The notes under the pieces are model-generated. The model worked only from the letters and a program-made list of their open reading frames with translations, was not told the origin of the DNA and did no database searches. From IMG/VR virus record IMGVR_UViG_3300020156_000021, positions 1 through 64,000 of that record: a DNA stretch of 64,000 nt; one strand, given 5' to 3'. Below, piece after piece: positions 54,873-62,319 of the stretch. This DNA is from a virus. The position numbers and the translations under genes are program-made. Numbering within the stretch: position 1 is the first letter of the stretch; every line of letters begins with the position of its first letter.

Positions 54873-54939
54873 ATTTATTCTCCTTCTAGTTATTTAAGGG
54901 AACTACCCCTATTTATTTCGTTATAAAACCGTATTATTG

Positions 54940-55227
54940 TTAAGATTTATTTAATATGTATTGAATGAATTCTTCTATTGTCATTTTACTGTTGATTTGT
55001 TCCCAATCATTTAACTTACTAGCAAGGAATTTAATATACCATCCATAGTAATTCATGTTTTCATTATCAACAAAAACATAATTTAGATTTTGCTGACTTT
55101 GGATATCTTTGGTTAGTGTAGCATAACTGATACCTACCTCTTTTAGTGTTCCTGATTTTTTACCATCTATTGAATCGTACAATTCTTCACCTTCTTTCTT
55201 AATATTGACAGAAAAGATAACTTTCAT
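54940..55227 (-). CDS. Hypothetical early-region protein
   Basis: 95-aa ORF. Its start abuts the stop of an upstream 40-aa membrane mini-ORF (55228..55350). Confidence 0.55.
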   Translation of the reverse strand: MKVIFSVNIKKEGEELYDSIDGKKSGTLKEVGISYATLTKDIQSQQNLNYVFVDNENMNYYGWYIKFLASKLNDWEQINSKMTIEEFIQYILNKS

Positions 55228-55350
55228 CTACATCTTACTTATCCAATCAACAAATTTACAAATCAATGCCCAAAGTAGAACAAATGGTAACATTAGTAGT
55301 AATATAATAAAGTCAAGAATATTAATATTTTTATTCAAGTTTAGATACAT
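55228..55350 (-). CDS. Possible 40-aa membrane mini-protein
   Basis: Hand translation MYLNLNKNINILDFIILLLMLPFVLLWALICKFVDWISKM. Overlaps another 37-aa hydrophobic mini-ORF (55331..55444, MFWLGFIIGIFAGCFAGVLIMSLMAAVKRGDYVSKLE, AAGAGGTG RBS). Confidence 0.3.
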   Translation of the reverse strand: MYLNLNKNINILDFIILLLMLPFVLLWALICKFVDWISKM

Positions 55351-55472
55351 AATCCCCTCTCTTGACAGCAGCCATAAGACTCATAATCAACACTCCTGCA
55401 AAACATCCGGCAAATATTCCTATTATAAAACCTAACCAAAACATATTTACACCTCTTTAATTTATTTTGCTA

Positions 55473-55922
55473 TTATTTAAAACTTTGACTAAACATATTA
55501 CTCAATAATTCCATAATTTCTTCAATACTTTCGCAAGTTTCAGTTATACAACTCATAATATGAGGGCTCCAATGAAATGGCTCTCCATCAAGCCTAAAAG
55601 CAATTACAGGCTTCTTCATCCATTTATAGACTGTAAGTTCATATTGTGTTCCAGGTGAAAAATCAAGATAATCCATCTGCACTATCATGATATTAGATTT
55701 ATCAAGATAGAAATCATTTTGCTTAACTGCCATTGCTCCTGAATATGTATGATTCTTTTCTTTTAAAAAAGTTGTTGCTGGATTAAAAGTAAGTATTCCA
55801 TTATCTAAAGCAAATTTATCAAGTTTATCTCTCCATTGAGTTGCTTTATCAAAAAGGTTATTTTTAAAGGGGTAAGTTAACGCTCCGGCTTCATATATGT
55901 ATAATTGATTAGTCATTTGCAC
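55473..55922 (-). CDS. Nucleoside 2-deoxyribosyltransferase-like fold protein
   Basis: LYIYEAGALTY N-terminus and DYLDFSPGTQYELTVYKWMKKPVIAF resemble the NDT/Rcl pattern (YlAGp...; d.GT..E.G.A...gKPv). Overlaps the kinase gene by 14 nt. Confidence 0.45.
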   Translation of the reverse strand: MQMTNQLYIYEAGALTYPFKNNLFDKATQWRDKLDKFALDNGILTFNPATTFLKEKNHTYSGAMAVKQNDFYLDKSNIMIVQMDYLDFSPGTQYELTVYKWMKKPVIAFRLDGEPFHWSPHIMSCITETCESIEEIMELLSNMFSQSFK

Positions 55923-56445
55923 TCTCCTTATAAATTATATCTACAATCTTATCTATCACCTTATTTATATTATTATTTTCCACAACATAATCACATTTCT
56001 CTTTTACACCTAGAAAAGCTATTTTATCATGCTCAATTCTTTCATTTACCTTTTCTTTAGAGTCTCCCCTATGTAACATTCTCTTTCTTCTTTCATCTTC
56101 AGAAGCATCTACATAAATTGAAATTATGTATTTAAAACCTTTGTACTTTTCTAATAGTTCTGAATACCCTCTATAGTCTACTACATATAAATCATTAGCT
56201 TCTACTTGTTGCCATGTTGCACCGTATTCAAAACCATTAAACAGAGTATAAGCCACAAGATCATTTCTTAACATATTAAAAGCTACATCATTAATAAACA
56301 CATGGCCTTTCTCATTCTCATATCTAGGTTGTCTGGTTGTATATGATTGAATTGATGTATAACCAAATCTTTTTTCTAACTCATCAACTATTGTTGACTT
56401 ACCTGAACCTGACTCCCCTATAAAACATATTAGTAAGTTATTCAT
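55909..56445 (-). CDS. Guanylate-kinase-like (d)NMP kinase
   Basis: P-loop GESGSGKST and TTRQPRYENEKGHVFINDVAF (the TTR.pR..E..G..Y.F motif), followed by YGATW. Confidence 0.75.
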   Translation of the reverse strand: MNNLLICFIGESGSGKSTIVDELEKRFGYTSIQSYTTRQPRYENEKGHVFINDVAFNMLRNDLVAYTLFNGFEYGATWQQVEANDLYVVDYRGYSELLEKYKGFKYIISIYVDASEDERRKRMLHRGDSKEKVNERIEHDKIAFLGVKEKCDYVVENNNINKVIDKIVDIIYKESAND

Positions 56446-56456
56446 TTATCTATGTA

Positions 56457-57104
56457 TTAACCCCTTTCCACTGTAATCAATTCACTATAAGGTAACTGCT
56501 CAATTATTTTGCAAAAATCTCTAAATTCTCTTTGTTTGTGATTTTTTCTAGCGTGATAAATATTTCTAAGGTTTTCAAAATTACCTGTCCATGTTGATAG
56601 GAAGTTATAACTATCAGGTAAATCAAAAATAATTTCTCTCCATATTTTCTTTGCAGTTAGAATGTCTGTTTCTTTTATTTTTTGATATTCTGAAATGCGT
56701 CTATTCAAATCGTCTAATATATGTTGTCTAAAAGAAGTTAAATTTATGTTTCCTTCTTCATCATCCCAACTAAAATCTTCAGGTGTAAGTAATCTAGTTC
56801 CTAATTTATGCATTCTACTGGTGCTATTTTTAACTGTAGCAATCTTATACGTATCTGCATCCCACCACCATGTCATAGGTGCAGTAATATCCATAGAAAC
56901 AAAAATTTGTCTAACAAACTTTGAATGATCTGAACCTGCTTTTATGAGGCGAACAGCTAATTTCATATCTTCTGCCCCAACTACAAATTCATTAGTTTCT
57001 TTCCATATGAAACTATCAGACTTATCCCAACTTTCAAGAGGGTTACGCATACCCCTAATTGCATTTTCAATATTATATACGGATATATTTTCAACTTTAA
57101 TCAA
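56457..57104 (-). CDS. ThyX-fold (Thy1 family) protein with a degenerate RHR signature
   Basis: Aligned from memory to Thermotoga ThyX. [43 protein letters not shown] parallels [75 protein letters not shown] parallels [34 protein letters not shown]. TTG start after AAGGAG. Confidence 0.55.
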   Translation of the reverse strand: [215 protein letters not shown]

Positions 57105-57297
57105 TTATGTATCTCCTTATATTATTTATTTTATTAATTAACTTTCTCAATACTTTGTTCTGCTTGCCAAAACCACTTATAATCCTGATAAGGACACAAA
57201 TTTTCAAACAATATCAATGTATCACCTTTTTCAAGATACCTCTTACATTGATTTGCTTTTGGACAATTACTATACTCGCAATAAACTTTAGCGATAT

Positions 57298-57504
57298 CTA
57301 TTCACCCTTTCTCTTTACGTCAACAAATACACCTTGACGAAAATTACTATATTCGGTACAAATACCAATATTTATATCTTCCTTATATGCTTTCTTGCAT
57401 AACGATTCTAATTCTTCAATACTGAAATCTTTTAAAGGATATGTATTAGTGCATTCTTTTTCACAAGTTAAGGCTTCAGTGATAATATCGTTTACATTTA
57501 TCAT
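57298..57504 (-). CDS. Hypothetical small protein
   Basis: 68-aa ORF with GGAGG RBS. Confidence 0.5.
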   Translation of the reverse strand: MINVNDIITEALTCEKECTNTYPLKDFSIEELESLCKKAYKEDINIGICTEYSNFRQGVFVDVKRKGE

Positions 57505-57548
57505 ATTTGACCTCCTTCCAGTTATTTACTGTACTTAAAATCTTAGTT

Positions 57549-57716
57549 TTATTCAAACCATTTATTTTTCAATCCGATTATTATTAGTGAAACAACTATT
57601 GTCCATCCAATTACTAATCCAATGTAAACACTTTCCCAATTACCAAATATGAAATATAAACAACTAAAAAATCCTACTGTTGGTAGTAAATGTTTAAACA
57701 AAAATTCTTTTGCCAT
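57549..57716 (-). CDS. Possible 55-aa two-TM mini-protein
   Basis: Hand translation MAKEFLFKHLLPTVGFFSCLYFIFGNWESVYIGLVIGWTIVVSLIIIGLKNKWFE. The AGGAGAG RBS is somewhat distant. Confidence 0.35.
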   Translation of the reverse strand: MAKEFLFKHLLPTVGFFSCLYFIFGNWESVYIGLVIGWTIVVSLIIIGLKNKWFE

Positions 57717-57766
57717 TATTGACCAACTCTCCTTTTATTTTATTAATATTATAATAAGCAAGTATT

Positions 57767-57970
57767 TCATACAAATATTTGAACTGCTCCACAGTTAGGA
57801 CATTCAAGAAATAAAGAAGTATCTGCGTCATCTGAATTTTGATATACAGAGCAGTTTTTACAAAAAACATATCCACATTCACATTTCATAATATACCAAG
57901 ATGGTTTATTACAAGTCGGACATTTAGTACACTTGTCTGCGTCTATTTCACAATTAGATATATTCTTCAT
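57767..57970 (-). CDS. Zinc-ribbon mini-protein
   Basis: CTKCPTC...CECG...CKNC...CPNC; 67 aa. Confidence 0.55.
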   Translation of the reverse strand: MKNISNCEIDADKCTKCPTCNKPSWYIMKCECGYVFCKNCSVYQNSDDADTSLFLECPNCGAVQIFV

Positions 57971-58012
57971 AGACTTTCTCCTTTTATATTTATATAAAAC
58001 TTAAATTTCATT

Positions 58013-58174
58013 TTAACTTCTAATATCTCTATAAATGTTTTCACATTTAGGACACGCTAACATTTTTATACCTTCCCATTCAAAACTTATTGATTCTTCA
58101 CCTTCTTGTAACTCAGAATAGCCGCAGCCTTCACATTCAAATTTATTGTTTTCATCAATTGAGCAATAAGACAT
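58013..58174 (-). CDS. Possible 53-aa zinc-ribbon mini-protein
   Basis: Hand translation MSYCSIDENNKFECEGCGYSELQEGEESISFEWEGIKMLACPKCENIYRDIRS. GGAAGGGAG RBS lies 7 nt upstream. Confidence 0.45.
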   Translation of the reverse strand: MSYCSIDENNKFECEGCGYSELQEGEESISFEWEGIKMLACPKCENIYRDIRS

Positions 58175-58334
58175 AAAATATCTCCCTTCCATATGAAACT
58201 AATTATTTATAAAAACTTATTTTATTATTTTATATAGTAAACCTAGAACAAAGCCTATGAACATTCCTATACCCACACATCCTGCAGTATAATCCCATAA
58301 TATAAAGTTATGCAATGGACACTTCTTATTTTTG

Positions 58335-59006
58335 TCACTCATAAATTTCATTAAATAAAACCTCCGAATACCCCAACTTCACAATCAAATTAGTCAAATC
58401 AACTTTTAAACTTCCTATGCCAGCATCAAATATATTTTTATTATTATTTATTGATTCTTTAACTTTGTCATGTGCATCGTCAAGTAACAATTTAACTTCT
58501 TCCGGCTTATACTGTGTTGCTAAGAAAGTCTTATTACTTACTATCTTCGAACTATTGTCTAACTCTATGTATTGTACAATAATATCTTTTACAGGGAGAT
58601 TCAAAACAACTTTATCATCAATAAACTGATCCATTGTAATCTTACCTAGGTCTATCCCTATACCGAAATTATATTTAAGTTCTAGGGTAATATCCTTATT
58701 GGAATACCAATTGTTTTCACGAACACATTCAGAATATATGTATGTTCCTTCATAAACAATCAGCTTACCCACTTGCTCCAAACGATTAAGTATAATTTCA
58801 GGTTTTTGAAGCTTTAGTAATTCAAGTTTTCTTATTTTATCATTTTGTTCCTTTTGTTTATATTTATCTAGCTCTGTTTGTAGCTCTGATAATCTGGTAT
58901 CTTGTGTACTGTCAACTGTATTAGTCTTATGGTTATTCTGATAAGATATGTATAAACCTACAGCAAACATCATTAGTAAAAATGCTATGACCAATTTTCT
59001 TTTCAA
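58335..59006 (-). CDS. Membrane-anchored protein, DUF4230-like
   Basis: N-terminal TM (LVIAFLLMMFAVGLYISY). NFGIGIDLGKITMDQFIDDKVVLNLPVKDIIVQYIELD resembles the DUF4230 core (GiDL..i...i.lP.p.i...id). Confidence 0.5.
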   Translation of the reverse strand: MKRKLVIAFLLMMFAVGLYISYQNNHKTNTVDSTQDTRLSELQTELDKYKQKEQNDKIRKLELLKLQKPEIILNRLEQVGKLIVYEGTYIYSECVRENNWYSNKDITLELKYNFGIGIDLGKITMDQFIDDKVVLNLPVKDIIVQYIELDNSSKIVSNKTFLATQYKPEEVKLLLDDAHDKVKESINNNKNIFDAGIGSLKVDLTNLIVKLGYSEVLFNEIYE

Positions 59007-59100
59007 ACTCTAATCTCCTTTCTCTGTTCCCTATCTTTATTATATAATATTAATATAATTGTTGTCAAGCATTTTTTATTTTATGATTATATAAAATTAT

Positions 59101-59129
59101 TTGCATTCTTCTTTTTACTGATATATAAT
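59101..59129 (+). promoter_or_regulatory. Sigma-A-type promoter for the plus-strand mini-gene
   Basis: TTGCAT (59101-59106), 17 nt, TATAAT (59124-59129). Confidence 0.6.
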
Positions 59130-59160
59130 CAAGCCAAATAATTACAATGGAGATTATAAT

Positions 59161-59406
59161 ATGAAATACAAGATTACAAAAATCATAACAGCATTACTAA
59201 TTTCCGTTCTATTGTTGACACAAACCATTACGGTAATTAACGCAGCTACTACAACAAAAACAGTTTATGTTTACGTCACAAAGACAGGTAATAAATATCA
59301 TGTTTCTACATGCAGATATCTTAGTAAAAGTAAAATTAAAATTACTTTGTCTGATGCTAAAAAACGTAAATATACGTCTTGTAGTGTCTGTAAACCACCT
59401 AAGTAG
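59161..59406 (+). CDS. Secreted 81-aa protein with KYH..C...C..C Cys/His motif
   Basis: Signal peptide KIITALLISVLLLTQTITVINA, then TGNKYHVSTCRYLSKSKIKITLSDAKKRKYTSCSVCKPP. This is the only plus-strand gene in the leftward early region. Confidence 0.6.
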   Translation: MKYKITKIITALLISVLLLTQTITVINAATTTKTVYVYVTKTGNKYHVSTCRYLSKSKIKITLSDAKKRKYTSCSVCKPPK

Positions 59407-59414
59407 TTTGATAT

Positions 59415-60284
59415 TTAAAATTGCCTTACACAAGTTGCCGGAGTTCTATTAAGATAATTATATTCGAGTTGTTTATAAGATTGTTTATTTATTATGTTTG
59501 AAAAGTTCTGATATTCAATTTGCTTATCATTTCCTTCTTTGATGAATACATTACTTAAAATGTAATTATTACATTTTATACATCGACCTATTGAATATAA
59601 TGAATTTTTAATTACTAACCCTTTATAATCTGGTTTTATAAATCTTCCACATTTGGGACATCTTACTCTTAATTTAGATTTTTTTAATTGTATTTGTCTT
59701 ATATCAGTGCGTTTTGTAACATATCTATTCTCTACTAATTCATTGATTCTTGGAATAAAATCATTGAAATATTTTAAAAATATTTTTGCTGTATAAAACG
59801 AATCATTTAATGCTCTGTGAAATGGATCATCTATTTGAATATTATGTTTTGCTACTGTATCTTTCAAACTTGGATTTTTTTCTAAGTTGAATAATTTCAT
59901 ATATGCATCTTGAATATTAAACCAAGGTTTAAACCAGTTATAACTAATATTATAATATTTGCAATTATTTTGTATTTCCCTTATATCATCATATCCCCAA
60001 CAGCAAAATATATGCTCTTCATTTTCATTAACCCATGTTCTGAAATACTTCAATACACTTACAAATGTGACTGTATATTTTAAATCTTCATTAGTTATTT
60101 GTGTAATTTTGCCTACATGTTTATTTAAACTTAAATAAATGTGCGGTTTAATAAACATTTTAAAAGCACCAACATTTTGAAGCTTATCATTTAATTTAAC
60201 TGCCCCAATTTCGATGATTTCTTGTACGTTCAATCTCGAATAAGCTGGTTTATTAAATTCAGTATCTAGTATAATATAATTCAT
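59415..60284 (-). CDS. DnaQ-like DEDDh 3'-5' exonuclease with C-terminal zinc ribbon
   Basis: Exo I ILDTEFN, EIIEIGAV, Exo III HRALNDSFYTAKIF. C-terminal CPKCGRF...CIKCNNY. Confidence 0.8.
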   Translation of the reverse strand: MNYIILDTEFNKPAYSRLNVQEIIEIGAVKLNDKLQNVGAFKMFIKPHIYLSLNKHVGKITQITNEDLKYTVTFVSVLKYFRTWVNENEEHIFCCWGYDDIREIQNNCKYYNISYNWFKPWFNIQDAYMKLFNLEKNPSLKDTVAKHNIQIDDPFHRALNDSFYTAKIFLKYFNDFIPRINELVENRYVTKRTDIRQIQLKKSKLRVRCPKCGRFIKPDYKGLVIKNSLYSIGRCIKCNNYILSNVFIKEGNDKQIEYQNFSNIINKQSYKQLEYNYLNRTPATCVRQF

Positions 60285-60380
60285 AATTATTCCTTTCTCA
60301 AGAAATGATATTTAAATATTATACTAGTATATACTAATACTAAATTTTTATACACTAATTATTTATACCAAAACTCCATT

Positions 60381-60650
60381 TTATAATAACATATTATTGT
60401 CTTTCAATTTTTGCATTGTTTCATTATATTCTTTTACAAGTTGTTGTCTACGTTTTTCATATTCCTCTGGATCAGTAATAAAATAATCTTCACAATCAAG
60501 TTCATTATCCCATTCTTTTCTTGCTTCTTTTAATGCTTTATCAATTTTTTTTTGAGTAATATTAAATAATTTACTTAAATCTTTACCAGTTATATAAAGG
60601 CTTTTAAGTACAGGGTCTTTCATTATTTTTTCATATAATTCAGTATTCAT
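60381..60650 (-). CDS. Hypothetical small protein
   Basis: ATG 60650 (MNTELYEK...) follows AAAGGAG. The tracked start is 60668. Confidence 0.55.
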   Translation of the reverse strand: MNTELYEKIMKDPVLKSLYITGKDLSKLFNITQKKIDKALKEARKEWDNELDCEDYFITDPEEYEKRRQQLVKEYNETMQKLKDNNMLL

Positions 60651-60708
60651 ATTTTCTCCTTTTAACAAAACTCCGAATCTAACAAAATTACAGTTCTATA
60701 AAATCTTT

Positions 60709-60738
60709 TTGCATAATTACTTAAATTTATGCTATAAT
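60709..60738 (+). promoter_or_regulatory. Plus-strand promoter inside the leftward gene array
   Basis: TTGCAT (60709-60714), 18-nt spacer ending in TGc, TATAAT (60733-60738). Confidence 0.5.
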
Positions 60739-60744
60739 TAATAA

Positions 60745-60835
60745 TGCGACAGGTATTAGTCACCTCCTGTAGATATTATTCAGGAGAAATAGGAGTCAAG
60801 TATGAGTCCATTCATATTTGACTCCTATTGTTTTG
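60745..60835 (+). ncRNA. Candidate ~90-nt plus-strand small RNA
   Basis: Bounded by the promoter above and a 17-bp stem (60788-60804 / 60813-60829, one G-U pair) followed by GTTTTG. Also contains an ACAGG...CCTGT hairpin. Confidence 0.3.
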
Positions 60836-60845
60836 ATGAAAACGG

Positions 60846-61025
60846 TTATTCTAATTCAATTTCTATATCAAACATAAATTGTTTTACTAATTCTATTCCG
60901 GCAAGTTTTTGCTCATATCTTAGTCTTTCTTTATCGTTAGTTGTTTCATCCATTTGTTTATGATAATAATTATCTGCATTAGTTAATTTAATATTTAATT
61001 TTTCCCATGCTTTTTTATAATCCAT
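60846..61025 (-). CDS. 59-aa hypothetical protein (below the ORF-track cutoff)
   Basis: Hand translation MDYKKAWEKLNIKLTNADNYYHKQMDETTNDKERLRYEQKLAGIELVKQFMFDIEIELE. GGAGAG RBS is 6 nt upstream. Confidence 0.5.
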   Translation of the reverse strand: MDYKKAWEKLNIKLTNADNYYHKQMDETTNDKERLRYEQKLAGIELVKQFMFDIEIELE

Positions 61026-61111
61026 ATAATTCTCTCCAATATTGTGTTAGAGTTGTTGTTTGGTAAAAACTTACTCTTGTCGCATCTTCCAAATTATGTT
61101 ATACTTTAAAT

Positions 61112-61186
61112 GTCTCTCTTTGTGAGATGGAGATAAGCGATTAAAGGCGATAGAAAGGGTAAGGCGTAAGTCTTATCTCTTTCTAT
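61112..61186 (+). ncRNA. Second candidate plus-strand small RNA
   Basis: TTGTCG-N17-(TG)-TATACT (61077-61105). GAGATAAG (61130-61137) / CTTATCTC (61172-61179) stem with a GC-richer 34-nt loop, followed by TTTCTATTT. Confidence 0.25.
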
Positions 61187-61510
61187 TTAATCCATCTTTT
61201 GACCACAATGTTTACATACTTTTAATTCTTCGGCACACTTATCACAAAGAATATCAACACATGTATTACCAAAAGTCATTTCAGTATTACAATTAGCACA
61301 TATCACTGTAGTTATTGCTGAACCACCTATTCTACTTGTTTCAACGTAATAACATGACTTGCAAAGATGTTCTTCCTTGATTCTTTTCTTTTTATCTGGA
61401 TCAGAGTAGTATTTAATTAATTTTGCAGTAATGCTATCTATATATCCCTTATTTCTTGCCTTTGCATTCAATTTGATACATTCATCAAATTTCATTTTTC
61501 TGTGTTCCAT
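61187..61510 (-). CDS. Cys-rich zinc-binding protein
   Basis: 107 aa; CKSCYY...CANC...CDKC...CKHCG. Confidence 0.6.
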   Translation of the reverse strand: MEHRKMKFDECIKLNAKARNKGYIDSITAKLIKYYSDPDKKKRIKEEHLCKSCYYVETSRIGGSAITTVICANCNTEMTFGNTCVDILCDKCAEELKVCKHCGQKMD

Positions 61511-61546
61511 ATAACCTCCTTGACTTGATACAAATCCATTATTCCA

Positions 61547-61816
61547 TTATCTTTTATCAGCATTTAACCAATCAATTGTATTTTGTAAAGCATCTTCATA
61601 ATCGTAACTATAAGTTCCATTTGGCGATACATAGTGTGTCATATAACAATCTTGCCATTCACCATCTATACCCTCATCACCTTCATTAACTTCTATAATT
61701 TTTATTAAAAGTTCAGCCAATTCTTTGACTGGTAATTGTCTTATATATTGATGATTTTTTATTTTAATCAACTCCATTCTGTATAGAATCACATTTTTAT
61801 AAAAAACTTTTTCCAA
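61547..61816 (-). CDS. Hypothetical small acidic protein
   Basis: 89-aa ORF; overlaps the upstream gene end. Confidence 0.5.
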   Translation of the reverse strand: MEKVFYKNVILYRMELIKIKNHQYIRQLPVKELAELLIKIIEVNEGDEGIDGEWQDCYMTHYVSPNGTYSYDYEDALQNTIDWLNADKR

Positions 61817-62217
61817 GGTAATTTATTTACCCATTCTAGTAAATCTTTCATAGTCTCAATTATTTCAAAATATCTATCAATTAAATGAGTTTTATAATAT
61901 TTTCTTATAGTAAATTGTTCATTTCCATATTCATTAGGCTCTAGCAAGAAATCTTGAGGTATTTTTATTTGTGTGACATCTTTAAAATCATTTATAGATT
62001 TAAATACAATATAACAATTATCATGAAGTAATTCACTTCCTTCAAATTTACTTTCATTATAATGTCCACTACAACAATACTGAGTTTTATATCCCTTTTT
62101 ATTTAGTAATGAAATAATTGGAGCTATTAATTCATCAACTTCAAATATAGGGGCTTCAATTCTAATATCGTTTGTATGAAAAAATATATCAAAATTCTTC
62201 TTATCTATATATGTCAT
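61789..62217 (-). CDS. CCSGH-motif protein, paralog A
   Basis: ELIAPIISLLNKKGYKTQYCCSGH...LLEWVNKLP aligns with 62320..62805. Confidence 0.6.
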   Translation of the reverse strand: MTYIDKKNFDIFFHTNDIRIEAPIFEVDELIAPIISLLNKKGYKTQYCCSGHYNESKFEGSELLHDNCYIVFKSINDFKDVTQIKIPQDFLLEPNEYGNEQFTIRKYYKTHLIDRYFEIIETMKDLLEWVNKLPWKKFFIKM

Positions 62218-62319
62218 AAATCTCCTTCATATAATCAGTATAAAAGCTGGATTTTGTCACGATTTTATATCTATATGCAGTATTACTATAAACAACAAAT
62301 ACTATATATAGTATATCTT

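Noticed and set aside
57134-57297. 54-codon Cys-containing open frame (IDIAKVYCEYSNCPKANQCKRYLEKGDTLILFENLCPYQDYKWFWQAEQSIEKVN) on the minus strand
   Set aside because: There is no ATG, GTG or TTG start before the middle of the frame, and no RBS. It could be a real gene using a rare start or a frameshift fusion with 57298..57504, but I cannot support either from sequence alone.
709-59452. Short antisense or out-of-frame ORFs in the supplied track. These start at 709, 2929, 5674, 6521, 9694, 10240, 10816, 11284, 13313, 13458, 16041, 16591, 21052, 23012, 24070, 24392, 25123, 27429, 30409, 31362, 33340, 34607, 37777, 38736, 42836, 43252, 43665, 44328, 44657, 49906, 55205, 56695, 56944, 57107, 57694, 58417, 59209 and 59267.
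   Set aside because: Each lies entirely within, or antisense to, a longer ORF with recognisable domains or good RBS context. Their compositions (Ile/Phe/Leu/Ser-rich, or Pro/Val/Ala-rich opposite GC-rich genes) are typical shadow frames.
60802-60963. 53-codon plus-strand ORF (MSPFIFDSYCFDENGYSNSISISNINCF...) with an AGGAG RBS
   Set aside because: Its start and RBS lie inside the 17-bp hairpin. The peptide is low-complexity Ser/Cys/Phe-rich and fully antisense to a well-formed minus-strand ORF with a good RBS, so it is most likely a shadow frame.
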